Assembly (NCBI GenBank): GCA_038231155.1
Contig: JBBRLY010000013.1
Span: 4,305-68,304 of the forward strand
Source of the DNA: Candidatus Saccharimonadales bacterium
GTDB lineage: Bacteria; Patescibacteriota; Saccharimonadia; Saccharimonadales; JANWIN01
Direction: 5' to 3'
DNA length: 64,000 nucleotides
Notes under the pieces: model-generated
The model's input: the letters and a program-made list of their open reading frames with translations, nothing else
What the model was told of the DNA's origin: nothing
Databases searched by the model: none
Program-made: the position numbers and the translations under genes
Part shown: one piece after another, positions 34,628-44,529 of the stretch
Position numbering within the stretch: position 1 is the stretch's first letter
How the letters are laid out: every line of letters begins with the position of its first letter

Positions 34628-36406
34628 ATGAAGCATATCTGGCGAATTATTAAATTTACCGGCAGTTTGTGGCGATACTACGTTGTAGTATCGTTGTTTA
34701 CTATATTTCTGGCGGCTATGAGCCAGTTACAGCCATTATTTACTAAAGGGGCTATCGACCAAATTAGTAAGTTAACAGCCGGTGGGCATCCCAATGTTAA
34801 AATCGTAGCCTTGTTTGCCTTTTTAATATTCTTAACAGATTTTGGTCAAACAATATTTAGCAATATAAGTGGCTATTTAGGTGATATACTGGCGGTTAAA
34901 CTCAAACATCTACTTAGTAAACGCTATTATCAACACCTACTGAGCTTACCGCAATCCTATTTTGATAAAGAACTCACCGGTAAAATAATTAACCGCATGA
35001 ATCGTGGTATTCAGGATATTGGTGACTTTGCCCAAATGTTTACCAATAACTTTTTACAATTTATTTTTAGCACCATTTTTACACTGGCTATCGTGGCCTA
35101 TTATTCGTGGCCAGTGGCCTTAATGTTAGCAGCTTTATACCCAGTCTTTATATGGATGACAGCCAAAACCAGTAACAAATGGCAAGGATATCAAAAGAAG
35201 ATAAATGAGGACTTTGATGTCGCCAGTGGCCGGTTTGCTGAGAGCGTACTCCAAATAAAAGTTGTAAAAAGTTTTATTCAAGAAGTTCGGGAACTTAAAT
35301 TTTTTGACCTTCGCCTTAAGAAAGCTATAAATACTACGAAACCGCAGAGTAATTATTGGCATAGGCAAGATGTGATCAGGCGATCTGTGCTGGCAGTTAT
35401 ATTTTTTGCAGTATTCATGTTTATTTTTGTAAGAACTGCTCAAGGCCAATACAGCATTGGTGTGATGGTGCTCTTAGTCCAATATGCGATGTTGGTGCGC
35501 ATACCGATCTTTAGTATTAGTTTCCTAGTTGATCGTACCCAACGGGCAATTGCCAATAGTAAAGATTACTTTGAAGTTATGGACCAAAAACCAGAAATCG
35601 TAGATATTAAAGATGCTAAGCCATTACACATTAATAAGGGAGAAATAGTTTACGAAAATGTCACCTTTGGTTACGGGGATAAAGATGTACTTAAAAACCT
35701 AAGCTTTATTATTAAACAAGATGCTAAGGTGGCATTAGTTGGTGAAAGCGGTGAAGGTAAAACCACAATTACTAACTTGCTACTAAGACTTTATGAACCA
35801 CAGGCTGGTAGGATACTAATTGATGGTCTGGATATAGCCAAAGTAACCCAAGAAAGTCTTCGTTCCCAAATTGGAGTAGTATTTCAGGATCCAGCACTTT
35901 TTAGTGGCACAGTGCTAGAAAATATAGCCTATGCCAATCCGTCAGTGTCTAGATCTCAGGTGGAGTCAGCCGCCAAAGCCGCCAATGCTCATGAATTTAT
36001 CGATAAATTTAAAAAAGGCTACGACACTGAAATTGGTGAACGTGGATTAAAGCTCAGTGGCGGACAAAAACAGCGGATTGCTATTGCTAGAGCTCTATTG
36101 AAAGATGCTCCAATCTTGGTGCTTGATGAAGCGACCAGTAGCTTAGATAGTAAAAGTGAAGCCATGGTACAAGAAGCCCTGGAAAGACTAATGAAAGGCC
36201 GAACAACCTTAATAATCGCTCACCGACTTAGTACCATCCAGCATGTTGATGAAATTATAACTCTACAAAACGGCCATGTAGACGAAACCGGCACACCTGA
36301 ACAACTGTCCAAAAGTGGTGGTATATATGATCAATTGCTTAAGCTGCAACGTGGTCAAACCGAAGCTACTAAGAAAAAACTCAAAGAATACGAAATCGCT
36401 GGCTAA
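34628..36406 (+). CDS. ABC exporter, fused permease/ATPase (MsbA/multidrug type)
   Basis: 592 aa with 6 TM segments. Walker A GESGEGKTT, signature LSGGQKQR, Walker B ILVLDEATS. Confidence 0.85.
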   Translation: MKHIWRIIKFTGSLWRYYVVVSLFTIFLAAMSQLQPLFTKGAIDQISKLTAGGHPNVKIVALFAFLIFLTDFGQTIFSNISGYLGDILAVKLKHLLSKRYYQHLLSLPQSYFDKELTGKIINRMNRGIQDIGDFAQMFTNNFLQFIFSTIFTLAIVAYYSWPVALMLAALYPVFIWMTAKTSNKWQGYQKKINEDFDVASGRFAESVLQIKVVKSFIQEVRELKFFDLRLKKAINTTKPQSNYWHRQDVIRRSVLAVIFFAVFMFIFVRTAQGQYSIGVMVLLVQYAMLVRIPIFSISFLVDRTQRAIANSKDYFEVMDQKPEIVDIKDAKPLHINKGEIVYENVTFGYGDKDVLKNLSFIIKQDAKVALVGESGEGKTTITNLLLRLYEPQAGRILIDGLDIAKVTQESLRSQIGVVFQDPALFSGTVLENIAYANPSVSRSQVESAAKAANAHEFIDKFKKGYDTEIGERGLKLSGGQKQRIAIARALLKDAPILVLDEATSSLDSKSEAMVQEALERLMKGRTTLIIAHRLSTIQHVDEIITLQNGHVDETGTPEQLSKSGGIYDQLLKLQRGQTEATKKKLKEYEIAG

Positions 36407-36470
36407 AGCTACTTTTTGATTAGCTAGTTACGATTCTTGAAGCTTAAATAGTACCAAAGAATTTAATTTT

Positions 36471-37034
36471 TTAGTGATCGTGCCCTTTAACGACGGATTC
36501 GATTACATCACGCGGTAAAGCGGCGGCTGAAAGCAAAGCATCACGCACTTTTTGGACTGCATCACCACCCACACCTGCAGCTGCATCTAGAGCTCCGCTG
36601 GCTGCAGCTTTAGCGGCTTCAGATGTATCAGCTCCAACTTCTCCAGTTGATTTAATAGCACCTTCTACTGCTGATACGGCTGTTGAACCAATATCACCAC
36701 CGGTTTCAGAAGTTGCTTGTACGATTCCATGAGCTGCTTCTCGAACGGCTGAAATTACATTGCCTCCGGCTTGGCTGGTTCCTTTAACAACGCCACTAAT
36801 GATTCCAGAAGCGGCATCAGTTATGGAAGCTCCAACTTGAGTTGCTCCCTTTATGGCACCACTGGCAACTGAAGCTATAGCATCTATACCAGCTCCAGAA
36901 GCCTCACCGGCTCCTTTAAATACGTTAACCACTTGATCCTTAACTGTTCCGGTAACAGCTCCTAAAATATCGTCAACTCCTTGAACTGCAGCTACTACTG
37001 CGCCAGAAGCCTCGTCAACAATTTCCTTAAGCAT
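36471..37034 (-). CDS. Gly/Ala/Val/Ser-rich repeat protein of unknown function
   Basis: 187 aa with no TM or signal peptide. It has at least five degenerate 18-26-aa repeats, each opening A-(S/H/E)-G-(A/I)-(I/V/L). Confidence 0.5.
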   Translation of the reverse strand: MLKEIVDEASGAVVAAVQGVDDILGAVTGTVKDQVVNVFKGAGEASGAGIDAIASVASGAIKGATQVGASITDAASGIISGVVKGTSQAGGNVISAVREAAHGIVQATSETGGDIGSTAVSAVEGAIKSTGEVGADTSEAAKAAASGALDAAAGVGGDAVQKVRDALLSAAALPRDVIESVVKGHDH

Positions 37035-37162
37035 TCTAACCCTCCACTTATTTTGTTGTAACCCTAATACAATACCATGACTGGAAAGCTTTTGACCATT
37101 GGTCCAAAGTTTACCTCCAGATAAATAATGCGCTATACTATTTCAACGATATAGGAGAGACA

Positions 37163-37708
37163 ATGGGAAAATTTTTTGCGAGATTTGGTGTTATTGTTAT
37201 AGTAGTCTTGTTTTTGATCACTACTTTTGGATTTAGTGCGCTGGTAATCTGGCAGCAGCATCAACAAAATAGGCAAACTCAGCAACAAGCCCAATTACAA
37301 AAAACTGTTCAACAATCCCAAACAAAGGCGGGAAAATTGCGAGGCACTCAACTTAAAAATTTCACACCAGTAAGTAAAGTCAATAGTTTACAAAAAATTG
37401 ATACTACGCCAGGGTCGGGCGCAGAGGTAAAAACTGGAGATACAGTTACAGTTCACTACACCGGAGCAGTAGCTTCTACCGGTATAATATTCCAGAGCTC
37501 TTTAGATAGTGGTCAACCGGTTGCGTTTCCGCTGGGTCAAGTAATTAAAGGCTGGACTGATGGTATACCAGACATGAAAGTAGGTGGTACTAGGCGTCTA
37601 TTGATTCCATCTTCAATGGCTTACGGAGCCAACCCACCACAAGGATCTAATATTCCTCCGAATGCTGATTTAGTGTTTGATGTACAATTAATTAAGATTG
37701 GGCAGTAA
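37163..37708 (+). CDS. membrane-anchored FKBP-type peptidyl-prolyl isomerase
   Basis: N-terminal TM helix and a Gln-rich linker. VTVHYTG...F.SS...G.P..F.LG.VIKGW..G...MKVGG.R.L.IP...AYG. Confidence 0.85.
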   Translation: MGKFFARFGVIVIVVLFLITTFGFSALVIWQQHQQNRQTQQQAQLQKTVQQSQTKAGKLRGTQLKNFTPVSKVNSLQKIDTTPGSGAEVKTGDTVTVHYTGAVASTGIIFQSSLDSGQPVAFPLGQVIKGWTDGIPDMKVGGTRRLLIPSSMAYGANPPQGSNIPPNADLVFDVQLIKIGQ

Positions 37709-37766
37709 CCTTTTTAAACTGCCAAACTTTTATAAAGAGAGGTTAATATAGGTAAAAAACACAATA

Positions 37767-37795
37767 TATAGGGGGGTTGACATCTACTTAAGCGC
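37767..37795 (+). promoter_or_regulatory. promoter TTGACA-N17-TATACT upstream of the nrdH-like/trxB pair
   Basis: Consensus -35 and near-consensus -10, about 83 nt before the ATG at 37879. Confidence 0.5.
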
Positions 37796-37878
37796 TATCT
37801 ATACTATATTTACAAGAACTGTTTAACAAATAAAATAAACTAAAATCACTATATTAAGGATTTAAAAAGGAATTATTT

Positions 37879-38127
37879 ATGGCCAAAAAAATCACTATAT
37901 TTACCACCAATACCTGCGCCTATTGCGTTATGGTTAAACGTTGGCTTGATATAAAAGGCTTTAAATACGATGTAGTGAACCTAGATGAAAATCCTGAACG
38001 ACAGCAAGAAGCTTTAGCGGTCAGTGGCCAGTTGGCTGTTCCGGTAACAGTGGTTACCAAGCAGGATGATAGCCAAGAAGTTATTGTTGGCTATAACTTA
38101 GCCAGGCTAGCACCAGCAGTAGCTTAA
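37879..38127 (+). CDS. glutaredoxin/NrdH-like redoxin
   Basis: 82 aa with a CAYC motif. It is a paralogue of 13103-13351. Confidence 0.7.
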   Translation: MAKKITIFTTNTCAYCVMVKRWLDIKGFKYDVVNLDENPERQQEALAVSGQLAVPVTVVTKQDDSQEVIVGYNLARLAPAVA

Positions 38128-38209
38128 TTTTAACCTTTTGATCAGTAGTTATATAAACTAATGACATATGTGACTTTAAAACTGTACAATTGAATATTAA
38201 TGGGAAATT

Positions 38210-39181
38210 ATGGCAGATATTAAGGCAAAGGACTCAAAGCTATGGGATGTGATTACTGTTGGCGCTGGCCCTGCAGCCTTAAGTGCAGCCATATACACCA
38301 CTCGTGAAGATCTATCGACTTTAGTAATAGAAAAGGGACCGATCGGTGGACTGGCGGCGGTGACTGATTGGATCGATAATTACCCAGGCTTTCCCAAAGG
38401 TATTTCTGGCCTAGATTTATCTGAAAACTTGCGACTTCAAGCTGAACGGTTTGGTACCCAGTTTGATTATGGTGAAGTTACTCAGATTATAGATGAAGGT
38501 AAAACTAAACGCCTTAAGACTACTGATGGAGATTTTGTAGCTAGATCAGTATTAATAGCTACTGGCACGGATTATAAAAAGGCAGGAGTACCAGGAGAAA
38601 AAGAATACTATGCCCGCGGCGTGCATTATTGTGCTACATGTGATGGAGCTTTTTATAGAGATAAAAGACTGGTAGTAATTGGCGGTGGTAACTCTGCCGT
38701 CCAAGAAAGCTTATTTTTAACTCGATTTGCAAGTAGTATTGATATGCTGGTACGCAGTAAAGTTAGTGCTAGTGACGTATTAGTACATGAGCTTGAGAAG
38801 AACCCAAAAATTAAAGTTCATTTAGCTGTTACAACAAATGAAATAGTCGGCGATAAGCCAATTAGTGAAGGTGGGAAAGTCATTAAAGTGCTAGGTACAG
38901 ATAGTGCAACTGGTCAAAAGATAGAGCTTCCAGCTGATGGAGTTTTCGTATTCGTAGGCCTAAGCCCGAATACCGCCTTTTTAAAAAATACAATATCGCT
39001 GGACGAAATTGGATTTGTTAAAGCCGATGCCAATAATTTAAATACTAGTATGCCAGGGGTATTTGTTGCAGGCGATGTACGTAGCGGTGCTACTATGCAG
39101 ATCGCTAGTGCCAGTGGCGAAGGCGCCACTGCAGCTTTAATGATTAGGCACTATCTTGAAGACATGGAGCGCACAGCTTAA
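38210..39181 (+). CDS. trxB: thioredoxin-disulfide reductase
   Basis: GAGPAA FAD site, redox CATCDG, GGGNSA NADPH site. Confidence 0.9.
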   Translation: MADIKAKDSKLWDVITVGAGPAALSAAIYTTREDLSTLVIEKGPIGGLAAVTDWIDNYPGFPKGISGLDLSENLRLQAERFGTQFDYGEVTQIIDEGKTKRLKTTDGDFVARSVLIATGTDYKKAGVPGEKEYYARGVHYCATCDGAFYRDKRLVVIGGGNSAVQESLFLTRFASSIDMLVRSKVSASDVLVHELEKNPKIKVHLAVTTNEIVGDKPISEGGKVIKVLGTDSATGQKIELPADGVFVFVGLSPNTAFLKNTISLDEIGFVKADANNLNTSMPGVFVAGDVRSGATMQIASASGEGATAALMIRHYLEDMERTA

Positions 39182-39182
39182 T

Positions 39183-39917
39183 TTATTTCAGATCAGCCGT
39201 ATAACCAGGGAAGTAATCAAAGATCAGTTGGTTTTTACTGATTCCGTGTTTGTTCAAATCGTCTTCTATAGCTTCTACCATTGGTTCTGGACCAGAGACA
39301 TAAATACGGTTTGCATCGGAGTTACCGACTAAATCTATAATTTTCTGAGCATTCAATTTTCCAGTCTCACCTTTCCAATCCGGAGATGGCTGTGTAACTA
39401 TTAGTTTAATTTTAGCTCCATAAGCTTTAAATAACTTTTCGAACAATATATCTTCCGGTTTATTGGCAGCCAGTAGCACTTGAATATGACGTTGTTCATG
39501 CTTAACAGATAAATACTTAACCATGCTATGGTATGGTGTAGCTCCTATTCCACCGGCAACAAATACCAAAGGGATTGATTTATCTTTTGGTAATACGAAA
39601 TCTCCCATTGGCTCAACAATTTTTATCTGTTCACCAGGTTTTAAACCAAATAACTTCTTTTTGAAACTACTGGCCTTTTCGCCAAAAAATTTAGTGGTAA
39701 TACTAATCAGGGCATCTGTCGGGCTAGATGATAGTGTAAACCAGTGTTTATAGCCGCGGTCATCAGGGTGATCTATGTCTAGAAACATTTCAATAAATTG
39801 ACCGGCGGTAAAATCAAAGTGTTTTTCTGGCTTAAACCAAAAGGTTTTTACATTATAATTTTCTTGGTCAGTGTGATCTAGCGTTACCTGCATAAGCTTA
39901 CTGTAATTAGTGTACAA
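39183..39917 (-). CDS. ferredoxin-NADP reductase-like FAD/NAD(P)-binding oxidoreductase
   Basis: 244 aa. GQFIEM, HWFTLSSSP (the RxYS-type position) and VAGGIGATP. Confidence 0.6.
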   Translation of the reverse strand: MYTNYSKLMQVTLDHTDQENYNVKTFWFKPEKHFDFTAGQFIEMFLDIDHPDDRGYKHWFTLSSSPTDALISITTKFFGEKASSFKKKLFGLKPGEQIKIVEPMGDFVLPKDKSIPLVFVAGGIGATPYHSMVKYLSVKHEQRHIQVLLAANKPEDILFEKLFKAYGAKIKLIVTQPSPDWKGETGKLNAQKIIDLVGNSDANRIYVSGPEPMVEAIEDDLNKHGISKNQLIFDYFPGYTADLK

Positions 39918-39943
39918 TATTATAGATTAACTGGAGAAATATA

Positions 39944-40468
39944 ATGAGTGCTGATGTAGGTTTTGGTGATGACGCACCAAGTATCGTTAATGTAGTTATT
40001 GAAATTCAAAAAGGTAGTCGTAATAAATTTGAACATGATGAAAAATCTGGCCGGATTGTCTTGGACCGAGTTAACGGAACTTTGCTTGGCTATCCAACTG
40101 ATTACGGAGAAATTCCAGGCACACTGTGTGAAGACGGCGATCCCTTAGATGTATTACTTATTATTGACGAATCTGTGCCACTTGATGTGATCGTACCATC
40201 GCGCCCTATTGGCGTGCTTTACTTTGAAGATGATGGCGAAGCTGATGAGAAAATCATTTGCGTACCAGCCAAAGACATAAGTAAAGACCACCTTAAAAAT
40301 GTCGATGATTTAGGAGATGCCTTTAAACGAAACATCGAACACTTTTATAAACACTACAAGGACTGGAAAAACGACTGGCAAGGTGTTAGTGCTAAATTGA
40401 ATGGTTGGGGTGACGCTGAAGCTGCCAAAAAAGTCATAAATGAATCAATCGCCCGAAACAAAAAGTGA
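39944..40468 (+). CDS. ppa: inorganic pyrophosphatase (family I)
   Basis: IEIQKGSRNKFE, YPTDYGEIPGT and DGDPLDVL motifs. Confidence 0.9.
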   Translation: MSADVGFGDDAPSIVNVVIEIQKGSRNKFEHDEKSGRIVLDRVNGTLLGYPTDYGEIPGTLCEDGDPLDVLLIIDESVPLDVIVPSRPIGVLYFEDDGEADEKIICVPAKDISKDHLKNVDDLGDAFKRNIEHFYKHYKDWKNDWQGVSAKLNGWGDAEAAKKVINESIARNKK

Positions 40469-41058
40469 AAAAAATTCTACCAGAAAATGCCATACTGATT
40501 CCAGATAATGCCGAATCAGTTTATAAGGGACAAATATTTGATGTTTATCAATGGCCACAACTCATGTTTGATGGAACCCAAGCAACTTTTGAGCTTTTAA
40601 AACGCCCCGACACAGTACAAGTAATAGCAATAAAAGATGGCAAGCTAGTACTTGTTAACGATGAGCAACCTGGCAGAAGCCCGAGACTTCATTTTGCTGG
40701 TGGCAGAGTTGATGACAAAGATGAATCGTGGGAAGGGACGGCCGAAAGAGAAACATTAGAAGAAACTGGAATGAGGTTTAATTCCTGGAAGCTAATCGCC
40801 GTATTTCAACCAATTCCAAAGATTGAGTGGTTTGTACCATGGTTCTTAGCCACAGATTTTGATCATCAGCAAAAGCAAAACCTGGACGCTGGTGAAAAAA
40901 TAGAAGTCAAGTTAGTTGATTTTGATGAAGTTAGCAAAATGGTATTATCTGGCAGGGAAAGCACCCTTAATTATGCTATGCCGATATTTGCCGGCCTTAA
41001 AAAATTAGATGAACTTTTAAGCATGCCTAAATTCCTAGGTATAGCAATAAATCGCTAG
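40465..41058 (+). CDS. NUDIX hydrolase
   Basis: Nudix box GGRVDDKDESWEGTAERETLEETG. Confidence 0.8.
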   Translation: MKKILPENAILIPDNAESVYKGQIFDVYQWPQLMFDGTQATFELLKRPDTVQVIAIKDGKLVLVNDEQPGRSPRLHFAGGRVDDKDESWEGTAERETLEETGMRFNSWKLIAVFQPIPKIEWFVPWFLATDFDHQQKQNLDAGEKIEVKLVDFDEVSKMVLSGRESTLNYAMPIFAGLKKLDELLSMPKFLGIAINR

Positions 41059-41103
41059 CGAAGATATTTTATAAAATTATAGAATTATTATATACTAGAC
41101 TTT

Positions 41104-41421
41104 ATGGATCACCCCGTAATGAACAATGATACAAGTAGTGAGATCGGCGGTTTAACTCGTCAGTTACCGGTTATAGATTTTTTGACTCAATACTTACCTC
41201 CAAATCCAATTACTAAAGAAAGACAGTTTTCTTCTTCTCAAGACAGACAAATTACTCCTGAGGTTGCCGAACAATACTTACCGATCTTTATGGAGTTAGC
41301 TGAAGAGTATGAGGCTGAGCCTGAGGTTGCTACAAAAAGTATGAACGCTTCATTTAGTCTTGAACCAGCTGATGTTGGTTATATCATTTTGGCTTTATAT
41401 GCTGCTAAGCTGGCAGCGTAG
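41104..41421 (+). CDS. hypothetical acidic protein
   Basis: 105-aa ORF with no recognisable motif. Confidence 0.35.
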   Translation: MDHPVMNNDTSSEIGGLTRQLPVIDFLTQYLPPNPITKERQFSSSQDRQITPEVAEQYLPIFMELAEEYEAEPEVATKSMNASFSLEPADVGYIILALYAAKLAA

Positions 41422-41508
41422 ATATAAAAATCAGTTATTCGGTTGCAGCTGCGCTAGATTATCTATACAATTATTTTGAAAACCAGTAATGCTTAAAACG
41501 GGGTAAAA

Positions 41509-42576
41509 ATGAATAATAGGGTGGCAATAAACGGATTTGGGCGAATTGGCCGCAACGCTTTTAAGATCGCCTTTGAACGTAGCGATCTAGACATTGTAGC
41601 CATAAATGATTTAACAGATACTAAAACTCTTGCCCATCTACTTAAATATGATACAAACTACGGCCGATATGAACACAAAGTAGATTTTGATGAGCAAAAT
41701 ATTATTGTCGAAGGAAAACCAATTAGAGTCCTTGCTGAAAAAGATCCAGCAGCTTTACCCTGGAAAGACATGAATGTTGACATAGTAATAGAGTCTACAG
41801 GTCTATTTGTTGACCCTGCCAAAGCTCAGGCCCACATTAGTGCGGGCGCTAAGAAAGTAGTAATATCGGCTCCGGCTAAAGGTGAAGGCGCTACTACAAT
41901 CGTGCTGGGCGTCAATGAAGACAAATTAAAGGGTTCCAGTGACATTATTGATAATGGCAGCTGTACAACTAACTGCATTACACCAGTAGCTGCCATAATT
42001 GAAAGCGAATTTGGCATAGAAAAAGCCATGATGACCACAATTCATAGCTATACTGCAGACCAACGCTTACAAGACGCTCCACACAAAGATTTACGACGCG
42101 CTAGAGCAGCAGCTCAAAACATTGTGCCAACAAGTACCGGGGCAACCATCGCGGCTACAGAAGTATTGCCAAGCCTCAAAGGGGCTTTTGGTGGCTTGTC
42201 GCTGCGTGTACCCACACCGGTAGTATCACTTAGTGATTTTGTGATCATCACTAAAAAGACCGTTACAATCGAGCAAGTCAATGATGCTTTTAAAAAAGCC
42301 GCGGCCAACCCATATTTTCAGGGGATCCTGGATATTACAGAAGAAGAACTGGTTAGTTCGGACTTTATAGGCAATAGTCACTCAGCCATAGTCGATCTCA
42401 GCTTAACGGCGGTAGTGGGCGGTAATATGTTGAAGGTTGTCGCCTGGTATGACAATGAGTGGGGCTATAGCAATCGATTAGTTGAAGTGGTAGCCGATGC
42501 TGGTAAAATTCTGTCTGGGTCTAGTGAAACTACAGTTACAGCTGCACTAGAGCCGACAACGGTTGTAGCCGAATAA
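41509..42576 (+). CDS. gap: glyceraldehyde-3-phosphate dehydrogenase
   Basis: INGFGRIGR, SCTTNC active site, WYDNEWGYS. Confidence 0.92.
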   Translation: MNNRVAINGFGRIGRNAFKIAFERSDLDIVAINDLTDTKTLAHLLKYDTNYGRYEHKVDFDEQNIIVEGKPIRVLAEKDPAALPWKDMNVDIVIESTGLFVDPAKAQAHISAGAKKVVISAPAKGEGATTIVLGVNEDKLKGSSDIIDNGSCTTNCITPVAAIIESEFGIEKAMMTTIHSYTADQRLQDAPHKDLRRARAAAQNIVPTSTGATIAATEVLPSLKGAFGGLSLRVPTPVVSLSDFVIITKKTVTIEQVNDAFKKAAANPYFQGILDITEEELVSSDFIGNSHSAIVDLSLTAVVGGNMLKVVAWYDNEWGYSNRLVEVVADAGKILSGSSETTVTAALEPTTVVAE

Positions 42577-42589
42577 AAGGTTAGTTTAG

Positions 42590-43036
42590 ATGAAAATTTA
42601 TATCGGGGCTGATCACCGCGGCTTCCGCCTGAAACAAGACCTGGTGGACTACTTACATAGAGCAGCTTACGAAGTCGAAGATGAAGGCGATAGTGAGCTT
42701 AGTCCGGAAGATGATTATCCTCAGTTTGCCGGACGAGTATGTTCTAAAATTTTGTCTAGCAACGACCCAGACACACGGGGGATATTACTTTGCGGAAGCG
42801 GCCAGGGAATGTGTATGGCAGCTAACCGATTTAAAGGCATTCGGGCAGCACTGGGATTTAATAGACAATCAGCGCGTGTCTCCCGAAATGATGATGATAG
42901 CAATGTTTTATGTATTCCAACCGATATCTTAGGCAAGAATGAGATTTATAGAATTGTAGATATTTGGCTTAAAACAGCCTTTGCAGCAGCACCCAGGTAT
43001 ATTCGGCGCAACCAAGAGTTGGATGAGCTTGGCTAA
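42590..43036 (+). CDS. rpiB: ribose-5-phosphate isomerase B
   Basis: IGADHRG and LLCGSGQGMCMAANR motifs. Confidence 0.88.
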   Translation: MKIYIGADHRGFRLKQDLVDYLHRAAYEVEDEGDSELSPEDDYPQFAGRVCSKILSSNDPDTRGILLCGSGQGMCMAANRFKGIRAALGFNRQSARVSRNDDDSNVLCIPTDILGKNEIYRIVDIWLKTAFAAAPRYIRRNQELDELG

Positions 43037-43037
43037 T

Positions 43038-43694
43038 ATGGCCATTATTTGTCCTACAGTTACAGCTGGCACGGTGGAGGTTTACAAGAAGCAGATGGAG
43101 CGTGTGGCATCATTTGCTCAAAGGATCCATATTGATCTAATGGATGGCAAATTTACTCGACATGAATCAGTAGCTATACCGGAAGTTTGGTGGCCAGTAG
43201 GTATAACCACCGATATACACCTAATGTATCAAAGACCTATAGATAGTCTAAAACAAATAATTGAGCTTAAGCCAAGCTTGGTAATTATTCATGCCGAGGC
43301 CGAAGGTAATTTTTTTGAGCTAGCAGAAGACTTAAAAGCTAATCATATAAGATTAGGTGTCACGCTGTTAAAACCTACAGCAGTTTCGACTATTGCACCA
43401 GTTCTTGAATTGATCGACCACGTATTAATATTTAGCGGTGAGCTCGGTAGTTTTGGAGGCCATGCCGATTTGGAACTACTTGATAAAGTTAGGCGACTTA
43501 AAACATTGAAACCAGATCTGGAAATTGGATGGGATGGCGGTATCAATGGTAGTAATGCCAAACTTTTAATCAGTGGCGGCGTTGATGTATTAAATGTTGG
43601 CGGATTCATCCATCGCTCCGATGACCCAGCTCACGCTTATGCTATGCTTAAAGAAGTAGTGGATCAAAACAGTGGGCAACAAGAAAACAATTGA
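43038..43694 (+). CDS. rpe: ribulose-phosphate 3-epimerase family protein
   Basis: IHIDLMDGKF, DIHLM and IGWDGGI motifs. The start is the ATG at 43038, 1 nt after the rpiB stop. Confidence 0.75.
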   Translation: MAIICPTVTAGTVEVYKKQMERVASFAQRIHIDLMDGKFTRHESVAIPEVWWPVGITTDIHLMYQRPIDSLKQIIELKPSLVIIHAEAEGNFFELAEDLKANHIRLGVTLLKPTAVSTIAPVLELIDHVLIFSGELGSFGGHADLELLDKVRRLKTLKPDLEIGWDGGINGSNAKLLISGGVDVLNVGGFIHRSDDPAHAYAMLKEVVDQNSGQQENN

Positions 43695-44529
43695 AGATCT
43701 TCAGCAAATAGCTAATGATATTAGACAAGATATCATTAAAATGCTGGAAGCAGCCGGTAGTGGGCATAGTGCTGGACCGCTAGGACTGGCCGATATTTTT
43801 ACGGCCCTTTATTTTGATATTTTAAAACAAGATCCAAAGAATCCGGATTGGGATCAAAGAGACATCTTAGTGTTAAGTAATGGGCATTGCGTGCCAGTGC
43901 GCTATGCAACTATGGCCCACGTGGGATATTTTGATCGTAAAGAACTTCTGACATTGCGAAAGTTTGGCTCGCGCCTACAGGGCCATCCGGAGCGTCAGCG
44001 TTTACCAGGTCTCGAAACAACTAGTGGACCGCTGGGTTCAGGTTTAAGTCAAGCTGTAGGTATGGCCTTAGCGCTACGCTTGGATCAGAACAAATTCCGT
44101 TGGGTATACGTGGTAATGAGCGATGGAGAGCAAGATGAGGGCAACACTTGGGAGGCTGCCATGTTAGCCAGCAAGTACCATCTAAACAATATAATTGCCA
44201 TAACAGATCGAAACAACATACAAATTGATGGTCCAACCGAAACAGTTATGCCACTTGAAGATTTAAAAGCCAAATGGGAAGCCTTTGGTTGGCATGTAGT
44301 TGAAATTGATGGCAACAACATTGAGGCCATAATCGATGCTTGTGCAATGGGCCGAGCAATAATAGAAAAACCGACGATGATTATCGCTCACACAGTGCCA
44401 GGTATGGGCGTAGATTTTATGGAATATGACTTTCACTGGCATGGTAAACCACCAAATGAGCAAGAGGCTAAAAAAGCTCTTGATGAACTAAGGACACTTG
44501 GTGGCAAGATAAAGTCGGAGCACCAATAG
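43672..44529 (+). CDS. transketolase, N-terminal (TPP-binding) subunit
   Basis: GHSAGPLG, SNGH and GSLGQ-like (GPLGSGLSQAVG), DGEQDEGNTWEA. Confidence 0.9.
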   Translation: MGNKKTIEDLQQIANDIRQDIIKMLEAAGSGHSAGPLGLADIFTALYFDILKQDPKNPDWDQRDILVLSNGHCVPVRYATMAHVGYFDRKELLTLRKFGSRLQGHPERQRLPGLETTSGPLGSGLSQAVGMALALRLDQNKFRWVYVVMSDGEQDEGNTWEAAMLASKYHLNNIIAITDRNNIQIDGPTETVMPLEDLKAKWEAFGWHVVEIDGNNIEAIIDACAMGRAIIEKPTMIIAHTVPGMGVDFMEYDFHWHGKPPNEQEAKKALDELRTLGGKIKSEHQ

